A stretch of DNA of 64,000 bases from Thermodesulfobacteriota bacterium (GTDB taxonomy: Bacteria; Desulfobacterota; Binatia; UTPRO1), in contig DAIQBH010000002.1 of NCBI GenBank assembly GCA_036781285.1, positions 6,710 through 70,709 of the forward strand, in the 5' to 3' direction. The notes under the pieces were generated by a model. That model saw only the letters and a list, made by a program, of their open reading frames with translations, had not been told where the DNA came from and searched no databases. Positions 8,488 through 18,256 of this stretch are shown piece after piece. Both the position numbers and the translations under genes were made by a program. Positions within the stretch are counted from its first letter, which is position 1; each line of letters starts with the position of its first letter.

Positions 8488-9510
8488 GTGGTGCGCACGC
8501 TCGCTTACGGTCTCGTCGTCGTCACGCTCGCGCTCGTCGCCCTCGCGGTCTGGGTCGCGCGCGCGCAATACCCGCGCCTTCGGGTCGAGAACCTGGCCTT
8601 TCGTTTCCTCGTTCCGCTCGGACAGCGGCTCCTGGGCGTTCACCGCCCCGTCGCCGCCGGCAGCACCCCCGTGTTCGTCTGGGAGGACCCGAAGACGCTC
8701 GAGACGCTCCGCCACACCCATGACCTCGACCGCGTCGTCGCGGCCGGCACGAACGACTTCGAGCGCTGGGTGCTGCTCATGCACTGGGCGCGCGACCGCT
8801 TCCCACACCTGCCGAACCCGAACGCCCCGGACGCCGACGCGTTCGACGGCGTCGCCCTCCTCGCGCGACACCGCGAGGGCGGCTACCTCTGCGGGACCAT
8901 CGCACCGCTGCTCGTGCAAGCCGTGACCGCCCTCGGCGGCCACGCCCGTCGTGTCGAGCTGCGCCACACGCCCGGCGACAGTCACGTCGTCACCGAGGTG
9001 TGGTCGGAGCATCACCGCAAATGGATCGTGCTCGATCCGGACTACGACATCTTCTTCACCGTAGACGGCGTGCCGCAACACGCGCTCGAGCTGCATGCTC
9101 TGTGGGCGGCGAACGCCGTCGACACGGTCCGCATTCACTGGCGCGAGAGCCCGCACAACATCTATCGCCCCGACCTCGAGGGTGGACGGCGTGACTTCCT
9201 CCGCATGATCTACGAGACGCGCGACTGGCCGCGCTGGGACCGCGAACGCAATCAGCACAAGGGCGAGCGTTTCGCGGTGCGCCTTCTGCACTACTACTCG
9301 CACGTGTCGTTTCCGCTGCGGAACGACTGGCGGTCGCGACCGTTGCCCTGGTGGCATCCCGAGGGCAACCACGTCCAGGGATCGCTCGTGATCACGCGCC
9401 CGACGATGCCGGCGTGGGAGGACTTCGTCGTGACGACCGCGGACCCGACGGCGCTCTACGCGCCCCCGCCGGGCGCCGCTCAGGCGCTCAGCCGCTCCAG
9501 CTTCTCGTAG
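8488..9510 (+). CDS. Transglutaminase-like cysteine-protease superfamily protein with an N-terminal TM helix
   Basis: Cys-His-Asp arrangement YLCGTIAPLL ... DSHVVTEVW ... WIVLDPDYD, as in the transglutaminase-like core. GTG start. The 375-aa ORF 8245-9372 on the opposite strand is an antisense shadow. Confidence 0.7.
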   Translation: MVRTLAYGLVVVTLALVALAVWVARAQYPRLRVENLAFRFLVPLGQRLLGVHRPVAAGSTPVFVWEDPKTLETLRHTHDLDRVVAAGTNDFERWVLLMHWARDRFPHLPNPNAPDADAFDGVALLARHREGGYLCGTIAPLLVQAVTALGGHARRVELRHTPGDSHVVTEVWSEHHRKWIVLDPDYDIFFTVDGVPQHALELHALWAANAVDTVRIHWRESPHNIYRPDLEGGRRDFLRMIYETRDWPRWDRERNQHKGERFAVRLLHYYSHVSFPLRNDWRSRPLPWWHPEGNHVQGSLVITRPTMPAWEDFVVTTADPTALYAPPPGAAQALSRSSFS

Positions 9511-11438
9511 AGGCTTTCGACCTCGCGCTTCAGGCGGGCGTAGGTCGAAAACGCCGCCTGCGGATTCGAGTGCGTCTGATAGAAGTCCGGGTCGTTCATG
9601 ACCTGCGAAAGCTCGGAGAGCTCGGCCTCCTTCGCGGCGATCGAGCTCTCGACGCTGGCGGCTTCTTTCGCCCGTTTCTCGGCGGCCCGCGCCTGCCGCT
9701 TCTCGGCGTCACGCGCGGCGCGATCGGCCTCCCGAGCGGCCTTCGGATCGACCGCCGGTGGGGCCGTGGCCGCCGCAGTGGCCGCGGGCGTGAGGGTCCG
9801 TGACCTCACCGGCGGCGCAACGACACCGGAGATGCCCGCCTTCTTCGCCAGGTACTCCTCGTAGTTCCCGAGGTAGCGAATCGCCTCCCCATGCCCCACT
9901 TCGAGAATCTCGCCGGGCAAGCGGTCGAGGATGTAGCGGTCGTGGGCGACCAGCACGACGGTGCCCTCGTAGGCGAGGAGCGCTTCCAGCAGCACCTCTT
10001 TCGCCGTCAGGTCGAGGTGGTTCGTCGGCTCGTCGAGCAGGAGACAGTTCGCGGGCTCGATCAGGAGCTTCGCGAGGGCGAGGCGATTGCGCTCGCCGCC
10101 GGAAAGCACGCGCACCGGCTTCTCGACGGCGTCACCGCTGAAGAGAAACGCACCGAGCAGATCGCGCACGCGCGGCACCATCTCGACGGGCGTCACGGCC
10201 ATCATCTCGTCGAGCACCGTCTTGCTCGGATCGAGCACGGCCGACTGGTCTTGCGCGAAGTACGCGAGGCGGACGTTGTGTCCGGCCGTGCGCTTGCCCT
10301 CGGTCAACGGCTCGACGCCCGCCAGCAGCTTCAGGAGTGTCGACTTCCCCGCCCCGTTCGGCCCGACGAGCGCGACCTTCGTACCGCGCTCGATCGCCAC
10401 GTCGACGCCGCCGTACACGGAGAGGTCCCCGTACTTCTTCACCGCGCCCTCGACGCTCACCACGATCCGGCCGCTGCGCGGCGGCTCCGGGAGCCGGATC
10501 GTGACCCGCCGCTCGTGCCCCTCGGGCGGCGACAGGCGCTCGAGCTTCTCGAGCTGCTTGATCCGGCTCTGCACCTGGGCGGCCTTGGTCGCCTGGTAAC
10601 GGAACCGGCGGATGAACGCCTCGACGCGTTCGATCTCCTCCTGCTGCTCGACGTACGCCGCCGCCTCGAGCGCGCGCCGCTCCTCGCGCTGCTCGAGATA
10701 GCGCGTGTAGTTGCACGTGTAGTCCGTCAGCCGCCCGCGTGACACCTCGGTGATGCGCTGCACGCAGACGTCGAGGAAGTAGCGGTCGTGCGCGACCAGG
10801 ATGACGAGCGACTCGCACGCCGCGAGGAACTCCTCGAGCCACGTGCGCGCCTCGAGATCGAGATGGTTCGTCGGCTCGTCGAGGAGCAGCACGCGCGGGC
10901 GGCGGAGGAGGATCTTCGCGAGGGCGATCCGCATCTGCCAGCCGCCGCTGAACGTGCCGACGTCGCGGGTGAAGTCGCCGGTCCGGAAGCCGAGGCCGTT
11001 CAGCACGCGCTCCGTCTCGGCCTCGAGGTCGTAGCGCGCCGTGGCGTCGAAGCGATCGCGCACGTCGTGATACGAGGCCATCAGCGCGTCGTGCTCGGGC
11101 CCGGTCGTCGGGGCGTGCGCGAGCGCGTCCTCGAGACGGCGGCATTCGGCTTCGAGCACGTGCTGATCCACGAAGGCGTCCATCGCCTCTTCGAGCACCG
11201 TCCGGCCCGAAACCCCCACCACCTCCTGCGGCAGATACCCGACCGTGGTTCCCTTCGGGAGCACGATCTCGCCGCCGTCGGGCTCCATTTGCCCCGCGAT
11301 CATGCGCAGGAGCGTCGACTTGCCGGCGCCGTTCATGCCCGTCAGGCCGATGCAGGTTCGCTCCGGTGCGAACCAGTTCACCCCGTCGAGGATGCGCTGG
11401 CCGCGGAACGTCTTGGTGAGATTCGCGATCGTGAGCAC
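9480..11438 (-). CDS. ABC-F family ATPase (two ABC domains, C-terminal coiled-coil), Uup/EttA-like
   Basis: Two Walker A motifs (GMNGAGKST, GPNGAGKST), two LSGG signature/Walker B sets, an inter-domain linker and a Lys/Glu/Ala-rich C-terminal tail. GTG start. Confidence 0.92.
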   Translation of the reverse strand: MLTIANLTKTFRGQRILDGVNWFAPERTCIGLTGMNGAGKSTLLRMIAGQMEPDGGEIVLPKGTTVGYLPQEVVGVSGRTVLEEAMDAFVDQHVLEAECRRLEDALAHAPTTGPEHDALMASYHDVRDRFDATARYDLEAETERVLNGLGFRTGDFTRDVGTFSGGWQMRIALAKILLRRPRVLLLDEPTNHLDLEARTWLEEFLAACESLVILVAHDRYFLDVCVQRITEVSRGRLTDYTCNYTRYLEQREERRALEAAAYVEQQEEIERVEAFIRRFRYQATKAAQVQSRIKQLEKLERLSPPEGHERRVTIRLPEPPRSGRIVVSVEGAVKKYGDLSVYGGVDVAIERGTKVALVGPNGAGKSTLLKLLAGVEPLTEGKRTAGHNVRLAYFAQDQSAVLDPSKTVLDEMMAVTPVEMVPRVRDLLGAFLFSGDAVEKPVRVLSGGERNRLALAKLLIEPANCLLLDEPTNHLDLTAKEVLLEALLAYEGTVVLVAHDRYILDRLPGEILEVGHGEAIRYLGNYEEYLAKKAGISGVVAPPVRSRTLTPAATAAATAPPAVDPKAAREADRAARDAEKRQARAAEKRAKEAASVESSIAAKEAELSELSQVMNDPDFYQTHSNPQAAFSTYARLKREVESLYEKLERLSA

Positions 11439-11497
11439 GAACCCCCGGTTTTACCGGCTGCCGCCCGCGCCTGCCAGCGACGGCGCACGGTGGCGGG

Positions 11498-11947
11498 TCA
11501 GGCCGGCGGGCGGACCTTCACGATCACCGTCTTGCCGCTTCGCACGCGCTCGGGATTCGGTTTGAAGAGCCCGAGCCAGGCGATCCAGTACTTCTTCGCG
11601 TAGACGGGCGCCATTTTCGCGGCGAGCTCCGGGTCGGTGAGGATCTCCGCCTGCCCGACGAAGTGCGGACCGTCCGCGGCCCCGACCCAGACGTACAGCG
11701 GACCGCCCTTCTTGAGACGCTTCGCCTTGTAGCTCGTCGGGAGGGTCGCGAAGTAGATCGCGTCGCCGTCGTACATGAACCACACCGGCACGACCTTGCT
11801 GAGCGATCCGTCCGCGCGCTTGGTCGCCGTGTAGATCTCCTTCGAGGACTCCAGCGCCCTCGTGACCTCTGGGCTGAAACCGGCGTGGACGACGGCCGCC
11901 ACGAGCACGCTGCCGAGTACGAGCATGAGCATGAGCATCCGGCGCAT
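11498..11947 (-). CDS. Secreted pyridoxamine-5-phosphate-oxidase-like (split-barrel, FMN/F420-binding family) protein
   Basis: ATG at 11947 follows GGAGG. Signal peptide MRRMLMLMLVLGSVLVAAVVHA. PNPOx-like core (VVPVWFMYDGDAIYFATL...). Confidence 0.6.
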   Translation of the reverse strand: MRRMLMLMLVLGSVLVAAVVHAGFSPEVTRALESSKEIYTATKRADGSLSKVVPVWFMYDGDAIYFATLPTSYKAKRLKKGGPLYVWVGAADGPHFVGQAEILTDPELAAKMAPVYAKKYWIAWLGLFKPNPERVRSGKTVIVKVRPPA

Positions 11948-12098
11948 ACCTCCCTCCTCGATCGCCGGCGTCCTCGAGCGACGCCGTGCGTGCGCTCGCG
12001 TACCATCGTCCCCACGCCATTGCCACGCGGTCGCCGACGTTCCCGAGGCCGCCTTGACCACCGCGCAGCGCGGCAGGCAATAACAGGTCTCGGATGGT

Positions 12099-14438
12099 GT
12101 GGGGGTGAAGGCGCTCGAGCGCTACGTCGACTGGGTCATTCGCCACCGCCTCCCCGTCGTCGCGATGATGCTTCTCGTCACCGGCTTCTGGGCGTTCCAG
12201 TTGCCGGCGCTCCGCGTCGAGATCGACCCCGACGCGAATCTCCCGCAGGACCACCCGTACATCCGCGCGTTGAAGACGCTGGAGCAGACCTTCGGGGAGA
12301 AGAACCTCGTCGTCATCGGGCTCTTTCCGAAAAGCGGCTCGATCTACACGCCGGCGTTCCTGGCGAAGATCCAACGCCTCACGAATCGGATCGGCGACGT
12401 CCCGGGGCTGATCCGCTCCACGTACCTGAGCCCCTCCGCACCGCTCGCGAAGGCGATCGAGGGCGACGGCGAGACGCTCGTGGTCCGCCCGGCGCTCGAA
12501 GGCGCGGCCACGACGCCCGCGCAGCTCGCCGAGGTGCGCCGTCGGCTGCGCGTGAACCCGTTCTACGTAGGGACCGTCGTCGCAGACGACGACTCGGCGG
12601 CCGCAATCATCGCCAACTTCAAGCTCGGCCCCGAGATGCCCGGCTATCCCGCGGTACAGGATCGGCTGACCCGGATCGTCGCGGAGGAGAACGACGGCAC
12701 CTTCGACGCCTACTTCGGCGGCACGATCGCACTGAATGCCGGTCTCGCGCGGATCACCGAGCGGACCGTCGTGCTCTTTCCGATCGCGCTCTTCATCATC
12801 GCCGTCCTGCACTTCGAGGCCTTTCGGACCGTGCAGGGCATGGTGCTGCCGGTCGTGACGGCGATCCTGGCGGTGGTCTGGAGCCTCGGGCTGATGGGCT
12901 TCCTGCGTGTCCCGCTCGACCCCTTCAACACGACGACCCCCATCCTGATCCTGGCCGTCGCGGCCGGCCATGCGGTGCAGATCCTGAAGCGCTACTACGA
13001 GGAGTACGAGCGGCACCGCGACGCTCACGTCGCGATCCGCGTCGCGGTCGCGCGCTTCGGACCGGTCATGTTGACCGCCGGCACGATCGCCGCCCTCTCC
13101 TTCTTCTCGCTCACGGCGTTCCGCACGGCGGTGATCCGCAACTTCGGCTTGCTCGCGGGCTTCGGCATCATCGCGACGCTCGTGATCGAGCTCACCCTGA
13201 TCCCGGCCGTGCGAGCGATCCTGCCGGCGCCACAGAAGGACGAGATCGAACGCGAGGCGCGGAGCGGCCGCGCGCTCTCGCGCCTGCTCGCCCGCCTCAC
13301 CGAAGTAGTCGCGTTCCGTCCCAGAGCCGTCATCGGCGTTGCCGCCGGCGCCGTCGCGATCGCGGGTGTGGGCGCTTCCCGCATTCACGTCGACACCACC
13401 TTCAAGCGACAGTTTCCGCGCCATCATCCCGTGCGCGTCGCGGACGACGTCATCAGCCGCACGTTCAGCGGCACGAACACGCTGGTCTTCCTCGTCGAGG
13501 GGCCACGTGACGGCGCCCTTCACGATCCCGCCGCGCTCCGTGCGATCGCCGACCTCCAACGGTTCGTCGAGGCCGATGCCGACGTCGGCAAGACGCTCTC
13601 GATCGTCGACTACGTGAGCGAGATGCACCACGCCCTGACGGGAAGCCCACGCGGCGCCGTCGACGTGCCACCGACGGAGGAGCTCGTCAGCCAGTATCTC
13701 TTCCTCTACGCGATGTCCGGCGGGCCGGAAGACTTGAACAGCCACATCGACCTGGCGCACCGTCGCGCCGCAGTCCGCGTCTTTCTGCGCAACGACTCCA
13801 CCGCCTATGGCGAGGAGCTCCTCACTCGGGTCCGCGCCCACGTCGCGGCGCACTTCCCGCCCGACTACGTCGTCGAGTACTCGGGGACGGTCGCGTCGAG
13901 CGCGGCGCTCACGGACGCGATGGTACACGGCAAGGTGCTGAACATGATGCAGATCGCGGCCATCATCGTGGTCGTCTCCGGCCTCGTGCTCCGGTCGCTC
14001 GTGGGAGGTCTTCTCGTCGCGGTACCGCTCGTCGTCGCGGTGCTCGTCAACTTCGGGGTCATGGGATTCGCGGGCATTCCGCTCGACGTCATCACGTCGC
14101 CGATCGCCGCGATGGCGGTGGGGATCGGCTCGGATTACGCCGTCTATTTCCTGTTCCGACTCCGCGAAGAGCTCGGCACGAGTCGGACGCCCGCCTTGGC
14201 GCTCGCGAGCACGATGCAGTCGTCCGGCAAGGCGATCGTCTACGTGTCGTCCGCGATCGCCGGGGGCTACCTCGTGCTCTGCATCTCCGGCTTCGTGTTC
14301 CACATCGAGCTCGGCGCTCTCGTCGCGCTCGCCATGGTCGTGTCGAGCCTCGCGGCGATCTCGCTCCTGCCGGCGCTGGCGCTGATCCTGCGGCCCGCGT
14401 TCCTCTTCGGCGCACGCACCGGCAACACCGGCGCCTGA
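12099..14438 (+). CDS. MMPL/RND-superfamily exporter (HpnN-like, 12 TM, two periplasmic loops)
   Basis: Two homologous halves, each with a large periplasmic loop followed by a TM bundle (VVWSLGLMGFLRVPLD...; VLVNFGVMGFAGIPLDVITS...). Typical RND/MMPL topology. Confidence 0.85.
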   Translation: MGVKALERYVDWVIRHRLPVVAMMLLVTGFWAFQLPALRVEIDPDANLPQDHPYIRALKTLEQTFGEKNLVVIGLFPKSGSIYTPAFLAKIQRLTNRIGDVPGLIRSTYLSPSAPLAKAIEGDGETLVVRPALEGAATTPAQLAEVRRRLRVNPFYVGTVVADDDSAAAIIANFKLGPEMPGYPAVQDRLTRIVAEENDGTFDAYFGGTIALNAGLARITERTVVLFPIALFIIAVLHFEAFRTVQGMVLPVVTAILAVVWSLGLMGFLRVPLDPFNTTTPILILAVAAGHAVQILKRYYEEYERHRDAHVAIRVAVARFGPVMLTAGTIAALSFFSLTAFRTAVIRNFGLLAGFGIIATLVIELTLIPAVRAILPAPQKDEIEREARSGRALSRLLARLTEVVAFRPRAVIGVAAGAVAIAGVGASRIHVDTTFKRQFPRHHPVRVADDVISRTFSGTNTLVFLVEGPRDGALHDPAALRAIADLQRFVEADADVGKTLSIVDYVSEMHHALTGSPRGAVDVPPTEELVSQYLFLYAMSGGPEDLNSHIDLAHRRAAVRVFLRNDSTAYGEELLTRVRAHVAAHFPPDYVVEYSGTVASSAALTDAMVHGKVLNMMQIAAIIVVVSGLVLRSLVGGLLVAVPLVVAVLVNFGVMGFAGIPLDVITSPIAAMAVGIGSDYAVYFLFRLREELGTSRTPALALASTMQSSGKAIVYVSSAIAGGYLVLCISGFVFHIELGALVALAMVVSSLAAISLLPALALILRPAFLFGARTGNTGA

Positions 14439-14444
14439 CGGCGA

Positions 14445-15524
14445 TCAGGCGAGCGGCAGGCCGACGCGGAACGACGCCCCGCCGGGCTCGTCCAACAACG
14501 CGAGCTCGATGTTCTGGAGATCGGCGATCCGTGACGCGACGAAGAGACCCATGCCGAGACCGTGGACCGCGGTCGTGAAGAACGGCTCGAAAATCTTGTC
14601 GCGATGCATGGCCGGCACGCCCGGTCCGCAGTCGCGCACGCCGACGACGAGCCGGCCGGAGTCCGTGTCGACGCGCGCGTCGACGTCGATCGTGGCACCG
14701 TCCGGCGAGAAGCGCGCGGCGTTCTGGAGCAAGGTTTGGAAGAGACATGCGGCCGCCTCGCGATGGACCCTGATCCGCGGCACGTCCGCCGGCAGGGCAC
14801 GCCGGCACGAGAGCCCCTTCGCCTGCAACTCCTCGCGCACGCCTTCCTCGGCAAGATCGAGCACGTCGGCGAAGGCGTGCACCTCGCGGCCCTCGGGCGG
14901 GACGGTCGTCGCGCGGATGATGTCGAGTACGAGCCCGCGGATCCGGTCGGTTTCCGCGATCGCCATCGCCAAGTACCGCTCGCGGAACTCCGGATCCTGG
15001 TACTGGGCGGGCAGCAGCTGTAGGAACGTCCGGATCGTCGCGAGCGGATTGTTGATGTGGTGCGCCAATCCGGACGCGAGGTAGCCGAGCGTGGCGGCGC
15101 GCTCGGCCCGCCGTAACCGCTCCTCCAGCACCTGGCGCTCCTCGGCGAGCTGGTAGCGCTGGAGGACCTCGCGGATCGCGTAGGGCAGCATCGCGAGGTA
15201 GCCCTCTTCCTTCACGATGAAATCGTCGGCGCCGAGCTTCATGGCCTCGACCGCGACCTTCGCCGAGGATGCCGTCGTGACGAAGAGCGTCGGCAGCGCC
15301 GGAGTACGGGCGCGGATCTCCTTCAAGAGATCGAGACCGTCCCCGTCCGGGAGCCAATAGTCGAGGACACAGAGGTCGTAGCTGTTGGCGCCGAGTCGCT
15401 TCCGCGCCTCGGCCACCGTCGGCACGACCTCGAGCGTCCATCCGTCGAGGACGCTGCCGATCTCGTCGCCGATCAACGCGGCGTGCGAGCCGTTGTCCTC
15501 GATGACCAGTGCCGCCTTGCCCAT
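14445..15524 (-). CDS. Hybrid response-regulator/histidine-kinase (REC-HisKA-HATPase_c), soluble
   Basis: Receiver domain with the phospho-acceptor in DLCVLDYWLPDGDG. H-box GLAHHINNPL. G-box GLGMGLFV. ATG follows GGGAGG. Confidence 0.88.
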   Translation of the reverse strand: MGKAALVIEDNGSHAALIGDEIGSVLDGWTLEVVPTVAEARKRLGANSYDLCVLDYWLPDGDGLDLLKEIRARTPALPTLFVTTASSAKVAVEAMKLGADDFIVKEEGYLAMLPYAIREVLQRYQLAEERQVLEERLRRAERAATLGYLASGLAHHINNPLATIRTFLQLLPAQYQDPEFRERYLAMAIAETDRIRGLVLDIIRATTVPPEGREVHAFADVLDLAEEGVREELQAKGLSCRRALPADVPRIRVHREAAACLFQTLLQNAARFSPDGATIDVDARVDTDSGRLVVGVRDCGPGVPAMHRDKIFEPFFTTAVHGLGMGLFVASRIADLQNIELALLDEPGGASFRVGLPLA

Positions 15525-15599
15525 CCGCCTCCCGACGCGCTCCCCTTCGCGCGTGAACGCTACACCAGCGAACGGCGACGCCTCAAGGTCGATCGCCGC

Positions 15600-16730
15600 C
15601 TACGACGCCGCAGCGACGGGAGCCGTCGGCTCCGCCGCATCGGCACCCGGTTGCTTGAATCCGATCCGGAACACCGCGCCGCCCTGCGGCGGCGTCGGCA
15701 TGAGACGCAGCTCGATGTCCTGCAAGTCGGCGATCCGCGACGCGACGAACAGCCCCATGCCGAGCCCGTCGACCGCCGTCGTGAAGAACGGCTCGAAGAT
15801 CTTCTCGCGATGATCGGGCGGAATGCCGGGGCCGTGGTCGCGGATCTCGGTCACCACCCGCCCCGACGCGCCGTCGAGCCGCACGTCGATCTCGATCGCA
15901 CCCCCGTCCGGCGAGAACCGCACCGCGTTCTGGAGCAACGTCAGCAGGAGACACGTGGCCGCCTCTCCGTGGACGCGCACCGCCGGCAGTCCCGGCGCGA
16001 TCGTCTTCTTGCAGACGATGCCGCGTTTCTGGAGCTCCCCGGCGAGGCTTTCCTCGGCGTGCGCCACGAGCTCCTCGATGTTCTGCACCTCGTGGCCCTG
16101 CTGGGGCACCGTCGCCGCGCGCATGATGTCCTTCACGAGATCGCGGATCCGCTCGCTTTCGGCGAGCGCCATCTCCAGGTACTTCGTCCGGAACTCCGGG
16201 TCATCGATGTTCGTCGGCAGCAGCTGGAGGAACGTTCGGATCGTCGCGAGCGGGTTGTTGATGTGGTGCGCGAGGCCGGAAGCCAGGTAGCCGAGGGTGG
16301 CGGCGCGCTCGGCGCGCTGCAACCGTTCCTCGAGCAGCTGACGTTCGGAGGCGAGCTGGCGACGCTTCAGCACCTCCTGGACGAGGTACGGCAGCACCGC
16401 GAGGTAGCCCTCCTCCTTCACGAGGTAGTCGTCGGCGCCGATCTTCATGGCATCGACGGCGAGCTTCGCCGACGACGCCGTCGTCACGAAGATGGTCGGC
16501 GTCTCGATGCCCTGATGGCGCACCTCGCGCAGCAGCTCGATCCCGTCGCCGTCCGGGAGGCGGAAATCGAACACGAAAAGATCGTACGCACGCGCGCTCA
16601 ACTTTGTCCGCGCCTCCGCGAGCGTCGTCACCTGATCGAGGGTCCAGCCCTCGAGCGCCACCTCCAGCTCGTCCGCGATCATCTCGGCGTGCGAGCTGTT
16701 GTCCTCCACCAGCAAAGCCGCTCGGCTCAT
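15600..16730 (-). CDS. Hybrid response-regulator/histidine-kinase, paralogue of the downstream gene
   Basis: Same architecture. Long identical stretches with the neighbour (RAERAATLGYLASGLAHHINNPLATIRTFLQLLP; KIFEPFFTTAV.GLGMGLFVASRIADLQ). Start ATG overlaps the upstream kinase stop (ATGA). Confidence 0.88.
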   Translation of the reverse strand: MSRAALLVEDNSSHAEMIADELEVALEGWTLDQVTTLAEARTKLSARAYDLFVFDFRLPDGDGIELLREVRHQGIETPTIFVTTASSAKLAVDAMKIGADDYLVKEEGYLAVLPYLVQEVLKRRQLASERQLLEERLQRAERAATLGYLASGLAHHINNPLATIRTFLQLLPTNIDDPEFRTKYLEMALAESERIRDLVKDIMRAATVPQQGHEVQNIEELVAHAEESLAGELQKRGIVCKKTIAPGLPAVRVHGEAATCLLLTLLQNAVRFSPDGGAIEIDVRLDGASGRVVTEIRDHGPGIPPDHREKIFEPFFTTAVDGLGMGLFVASRIADLQDIELRLMPTPPQGGAVFRIGFKQPGADAAEPTAPVAAAS

Positions 16731-18169
16731 GCGCTGTCCCTCACTTCCTCGTCCATGTGTCGCGCCTCGCGCGGAAAGCTCAACCGAAACGTCGCACCCT
16801 CGCCCAGGTTCGACTCGACCCAGATCCGTCCTCCGTAGCGCTGCACGATCCGTTTCACCACCGCGAGGCCGATGCCGTGCCCCTGCTGCACCACGCCCGC
16901 CACCGTCTGGTTGGGCGCGCGATGATAGAGCTGAAAGATCCGCCCCATCTGGCTCGGCTCGATGCCGACACCGTTGTCGCGCACGAAGTACTCGATGCTG
17001 TCGTGATCGACGAACCCCCCGACCTCGATGACCGGATTGGGCTTGTCGCCGACGTACTTGCAGGCGTTGCTCACGAGGTTCTCGAACACGTGGTAGATCT
17101 TCTGCTCCTCGGCCAGCATCGGCGGCAAGTCACCGACGCGCACGTCGATGCCCTTGCTCTCGACGGCGGCGTGGGCCCGCCCGACGGCCTCGGACACGAC
17201 CCCGGCCACGTTCACGAGCTCGCGGCGCTCCGCCACCTCGGACTGGGTGACCACCTCGAGGAGATTCCGCAGCATGGTCGCCATCAAGCGGCAGTCGCGC
17301 TGGAGGCGCTCGACGTAGCGCTGACCACGCGGCGAGAAGCTCGCCCCGTCGAGCTCCACGAGCTTGCGGGTGGTTTCGGTGCTCGCGACCGCCACGTTCT
17401 GCAGGTCGTGCGTGACGATGTGGACCAGCTCCTCGAGCTCCGCCGTCCGTTCCTGGAGCTCGAGCGTCCGGGCCTCGAGCTCGCGCGTCCGTTCGCGGAC
17501 GCGTTGCTCGAGCAGGCGATTCTGTTCCTCGACGATGCCCTTCGTCGTAGCGAGCTCCTCGTTCGTGCGACGGAGCAACTCGGACAGCGTGCCTGCCAGG
17601 TACGCGAAGACGAAGAAGGTCACGCCGGAGATCCCGACGATGAAGATCCGCAGGGTCGGCGCGTAGTGGTGGTGCCAGATCCCCGCGCGCTGCGGCAGCC
17701 AGCCCTGGACCTCGGCGAGACCGAGGAGGCCGTACAGGATCGTCGCGCCCGTCGCCAAGCGGAACGACGCCCGCTGCGACACGAAGATCGCGGCGGTGAG
17801 AATGATGGTCATGTACGTGAACTGGATGAGCGGGACGTCGATGCCGCCGAGGAAGTAGATGCAGGCCGTGATGGCGAGCAGATCGACGGCCCAATGCAGG
17901 TAGAAGTACGAGAGCGAGAATCCCGTGCGTCGTCCGAGGAACCAGTAGGGCACGTTCACGAGCGACATGGCGCCCAGGATCACCACGACCGGCGTGACCT
18001 GCGGCCAGTCGAGGCCGACGCCGAAATACGCGGCGGCCGCGAAGAACGACGCGAAGACGGACGTGCCGACCGCCCTCGTCAACAACCCTTCGATGTAGCG
18101 GCGACGAAGATTGATGTTCGCCGCGGACCCGTCCGAACCCATCAAGCGACCCGCACCCCCGCGCGTCAA
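16727..18169 (-). CDS. Membrane-bound sensor histidine kinase (about 6 TM, coiled-coil, HisKA-HATPase_c)
   Basis: N-terminal hydrophobic helices, H-box VHIVTHDLQN, N/G boxes (ENLVSNACKY, DNGVGI, GHGIGLAVV). Confidence 0.88.
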   Translation of the reverse strand: MTRGGAGRLMGSDGSAANINLRRRYIEGLLTRAVGTSVFASFFAAAAYFGVGLDWPQVTPVVVILGAMSLVNVPYWFLGRRTGFSLSYFYLHWAVDLLAITACIYFLGGIDVPLIQFTYMTIILTAAIFVSQRASFRLATGATILYGLLGLAEVQGWLPQRAGIWHHHYAPTLRIFIVGISGVTFFVFAYLAGTLSELLRRTNEELATTKGIVEEQNRLLEQRVRERTRELEARTLELQERTAELEELVHIVTHDLQNVAVASTETTRKLVELDGASFSPRGQRYVERLQRDCRLMATMLRNLLEVVTQSEVAERRELVNVAGVVSEAVGRAHAAVESKGIDVRVGDLPPMLAEEQKIYHVFENLVSNACKYVGDKPNPVIEVGGFVDHDSIEYFVRDNGVGIEPSQMGRIFQLYHRAPNQTVAGVVQQGHGIGLAVVKRIVQRYGGRIWVESNLGEGATFRLSFPREARHMDEEVRDSA

Positions 18170-18256
18170 CGTACACGCAAGGCAGAGCCGCGCTCAACGC
18201 ACATTCGTGAGCGCGTGCGAGTCGCGAGCGCCGCATGTGACACTTGTCACGCGCGA

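Noticed and set aside
8245-9372. 375-aa minus-strand ORF
   Set aside because: Antisense of the transglutaminase-like gene, which has a clear Cys-His-Asp core on the plus strand.
11921-11940. (gagcat)x3 microsatellite
   Set aside because: Lies inside the coding signal peptide (MLMLML) of the PNPOx-like gene. Too short to be a meaningful repeat locus.
11451-14303. 950-aa ORF on the minus strand
   Set aside because: Antisense shadow of the MMPL/RND transporter gene and the upstream intergenic region. Arg/Asp-rich nonsense translation.
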